DNA of 6,412 bases from Enterobacteria phage FfLavender. The DNA lies in sequence record PP430149.1. One strand, written 5' to 3'. Of this stretch, positions 5,155-6,412 are shown piece after piece (position 1 is the first letter of the stretch; every line of letters starts with the position of its first letter). The position numbers were made by a program, and so were the translations under genes. The notes under the pieces were generated by a model that saw only the letters and a list, made by a program, of their open reading frames with translations, made no database searches and was not told the DNA's origin.

Positions 5155-6412
5155 TTTTGTTTTTCTGATGTTTGTTTCTTCATCTTCTTTTGCGCAAGTA
5201 ATTGAAATGAATAATTCCCCTCTCCGTGATTTCGTCACTTGGTATTCAAAACAGACGGGTGAATCTGTTATTGTTTCCCCTGATGTTAAGGGTACTGTTA
5301 CCGTATATTCATCTGATGTTAAGCCTGATAATTTGCGTAATTTCTTCATTTCTGTTTTACGTGCAAATAATTACGATATGGTTGGTTCCAATCCCTCAAT
5401 TATTCAGAAATATAACCCAAATAATCAGGATTATATTGATGAATTGCCAGCATCTGATAATCAGGAATATGATGATAATACCCCTCCGTCTGGGGGTTTC
5501 TTTGTTCCGCAAAATGATAATGTAACTGAAACTTTTAAAATTAATAACGTTCGCGCAAAGGATTTAATAAGGGTGGTTGAGTTGTTTGTTAAATCAAATA
5601 CCTCTAAATCATCCAACGTATTATCTATTGATGGTTCTAATCTATTAGTCGTTAGCGCCCCTAAAGATATTCTTTCTAGTCTGCCACAATTTCTCTCAAC
5701 TGTTGATTTACCTACAGACCAGATTCTTATTGAGGGTTTAATATTTGAGGTTCAGCAAGGTGAGGCTTTAGATTTTTCTTTTGCTGCTGGTTCTCAACGT
5801 GGCACTGTTGCTGGCGGTGTTAATACAGACCGTTTAACCTCTGTATTATCTTCTGCGGGTGGTTCATTTGGCATTTTTAACGGTGATGTTTTGGGGCTAT
5901 CAGTTCGCGCATTAAAGACTAATAGCCATTCTAAAATATTGTCTGTGCCTCGTATTCTTACCCTTTCAGGTCAAAAGGGTTCTATTTCGGTTGGTCAGAA
6001 TGTGCCTTTTATAACGGGTCGTGTTACTGGTGAATCAGCTAATGTAAATAATCCATTTCAGACAATTGAGCGTCAAAATGTTGGTATTTCTATGAGTGTT
6101 TTTCCTGTAGCAATGGCTGGAGGTAATATTGTTCTTGATATTACAAGCAAGGCAGATAGTTTGAGTTCTTCTACCCAGGCTAGTGACGTGATTACCAATC
6201 AGAGAAGCATTGCGACAACGGTAAATTTACGCGATGGACAGACCCTTTTGCTCGGTGGCCTTACGAATTACAAAAACGCCTCTCAGGATTCTGGAGTGCC
6301 GTTCTTGTCTAAAATCCCTTTAATCGGACTCCTTTTTAGCTCCCGTTCTGATTCTGACGAGGAAAGCACGCTGTACGTGCTCGTAAAAGCAACCGTTGTA
6401 CGCGCCCTGTAG
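5132..6412 (+). CDS. gIV: pIV, outer-membrane secretin (export channel for the phage)
   Basis: ATG at 5132 gives MKLLNVINFVFLMFVSSSSFAQVIEMNNSPLRDF... (426 aa) with the signal peptide and the secretin C-domain (...VPFLSKIPLIGLLFSSRSDSDEESTLYVLVKATVVRAL). It overlaps the gene I 3' end by 23 nt. The track's 5093 start is an upstream in-frame extension. Confidence 0.95.
   Translation: MKLLNVINFVFLMFVSSSSFAQVIEMNNSPLRDFVTWYSKQTGESVIVSPDVKGTVTVYSSDVKPDNLRNFFISVLRANNYDMVGSNPSIIQKYNPNNQDYIDELPASDNQEYDDNTPPSGGFFVPQNDNVTETFKINNVRAKDLIRVVELFVKSNTSKSSNVLSIDGSNLLVVSAPKDILSSLPQFLSTVDLPTDQILIEGLIFEVQQGEALDFSFAAGSQRGTVAGGVNTDRLTSVLSSAGGSFGIFNGDVLGLSVRALKTNSHSKILSVPRILTLSGQKGSISVGQNVPFITGRVTGESANVNNPFQTIERQNVGISMSVFPVAMAGGNIVLDITSKADSLSSSTQASDVITNQRSIATTVNLRDGQTLLLGGLTNYKNASQDSGVPFLSKIPLIGLLFSSRSDSDEESTLYVLVKATVVRAL

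Noticed and set aside
2619-5525. Other overlapping ORFs (2619-2888 -, 3364-3555 +, 3676-3870 +, 3909-4133 +, 4253-4498 +, 5128-5349 -, 5226-5525 +)
   Set aside because: Each is an alternate-frame or antisense overlap of genes III, VI, I or IV. Their hydrophobic, low-complexity translations are typical of off-frame reads of AT-rich coding sequence.
1-6412. Hypothesis that the window hides a novel defence or accessory system
   Set aside because: The canonical Ff gene set accounts for every part of the window with only short intergenic gaps, and the total length equals that of a wild-type Ff genome, so there is no unassigned coding capacity.

Overview
This window is a complete, wild-type-like genome of an Ff-group filamentous coliphage (M13/f1/fd type, Inovirus), opened just after the gene IV stop codon. 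It is not a novel system: every part of the window is accounted for by known Ff biology. It runs from the intergenic region (packaging-signal hairpin, minus- and plus-strand origins, gene II promoter) through genes II(X)-V-VII-IX-VIII-III-VI-I(XI)-IV, all on the + strand, and ends on the gene IV TAG at 6412. The 6412-nt length matches a full Ff genome (about 6.4 kb), so base 6412 probably joins base 1 on the circle. There is no lacZ-alpha/polylinker or resistance cassette, so this is not an M13mp or fd-tet type vector. The encoded proteins appear near-identical to canonical Ff proteins, with scattered substitutions that I can only judge from memory. The noncoding stretch between the plus-strand origin hairpins and the gene II promoter looks more diverged than the coding regions. 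The supplied ORF track misses genes VII and IX (33 and 32 codons) and over-extends genes III and IV upstream of their real starts. The remaining ORFs in the track are antisense or out-of-frame overlaps that I judge spurious.
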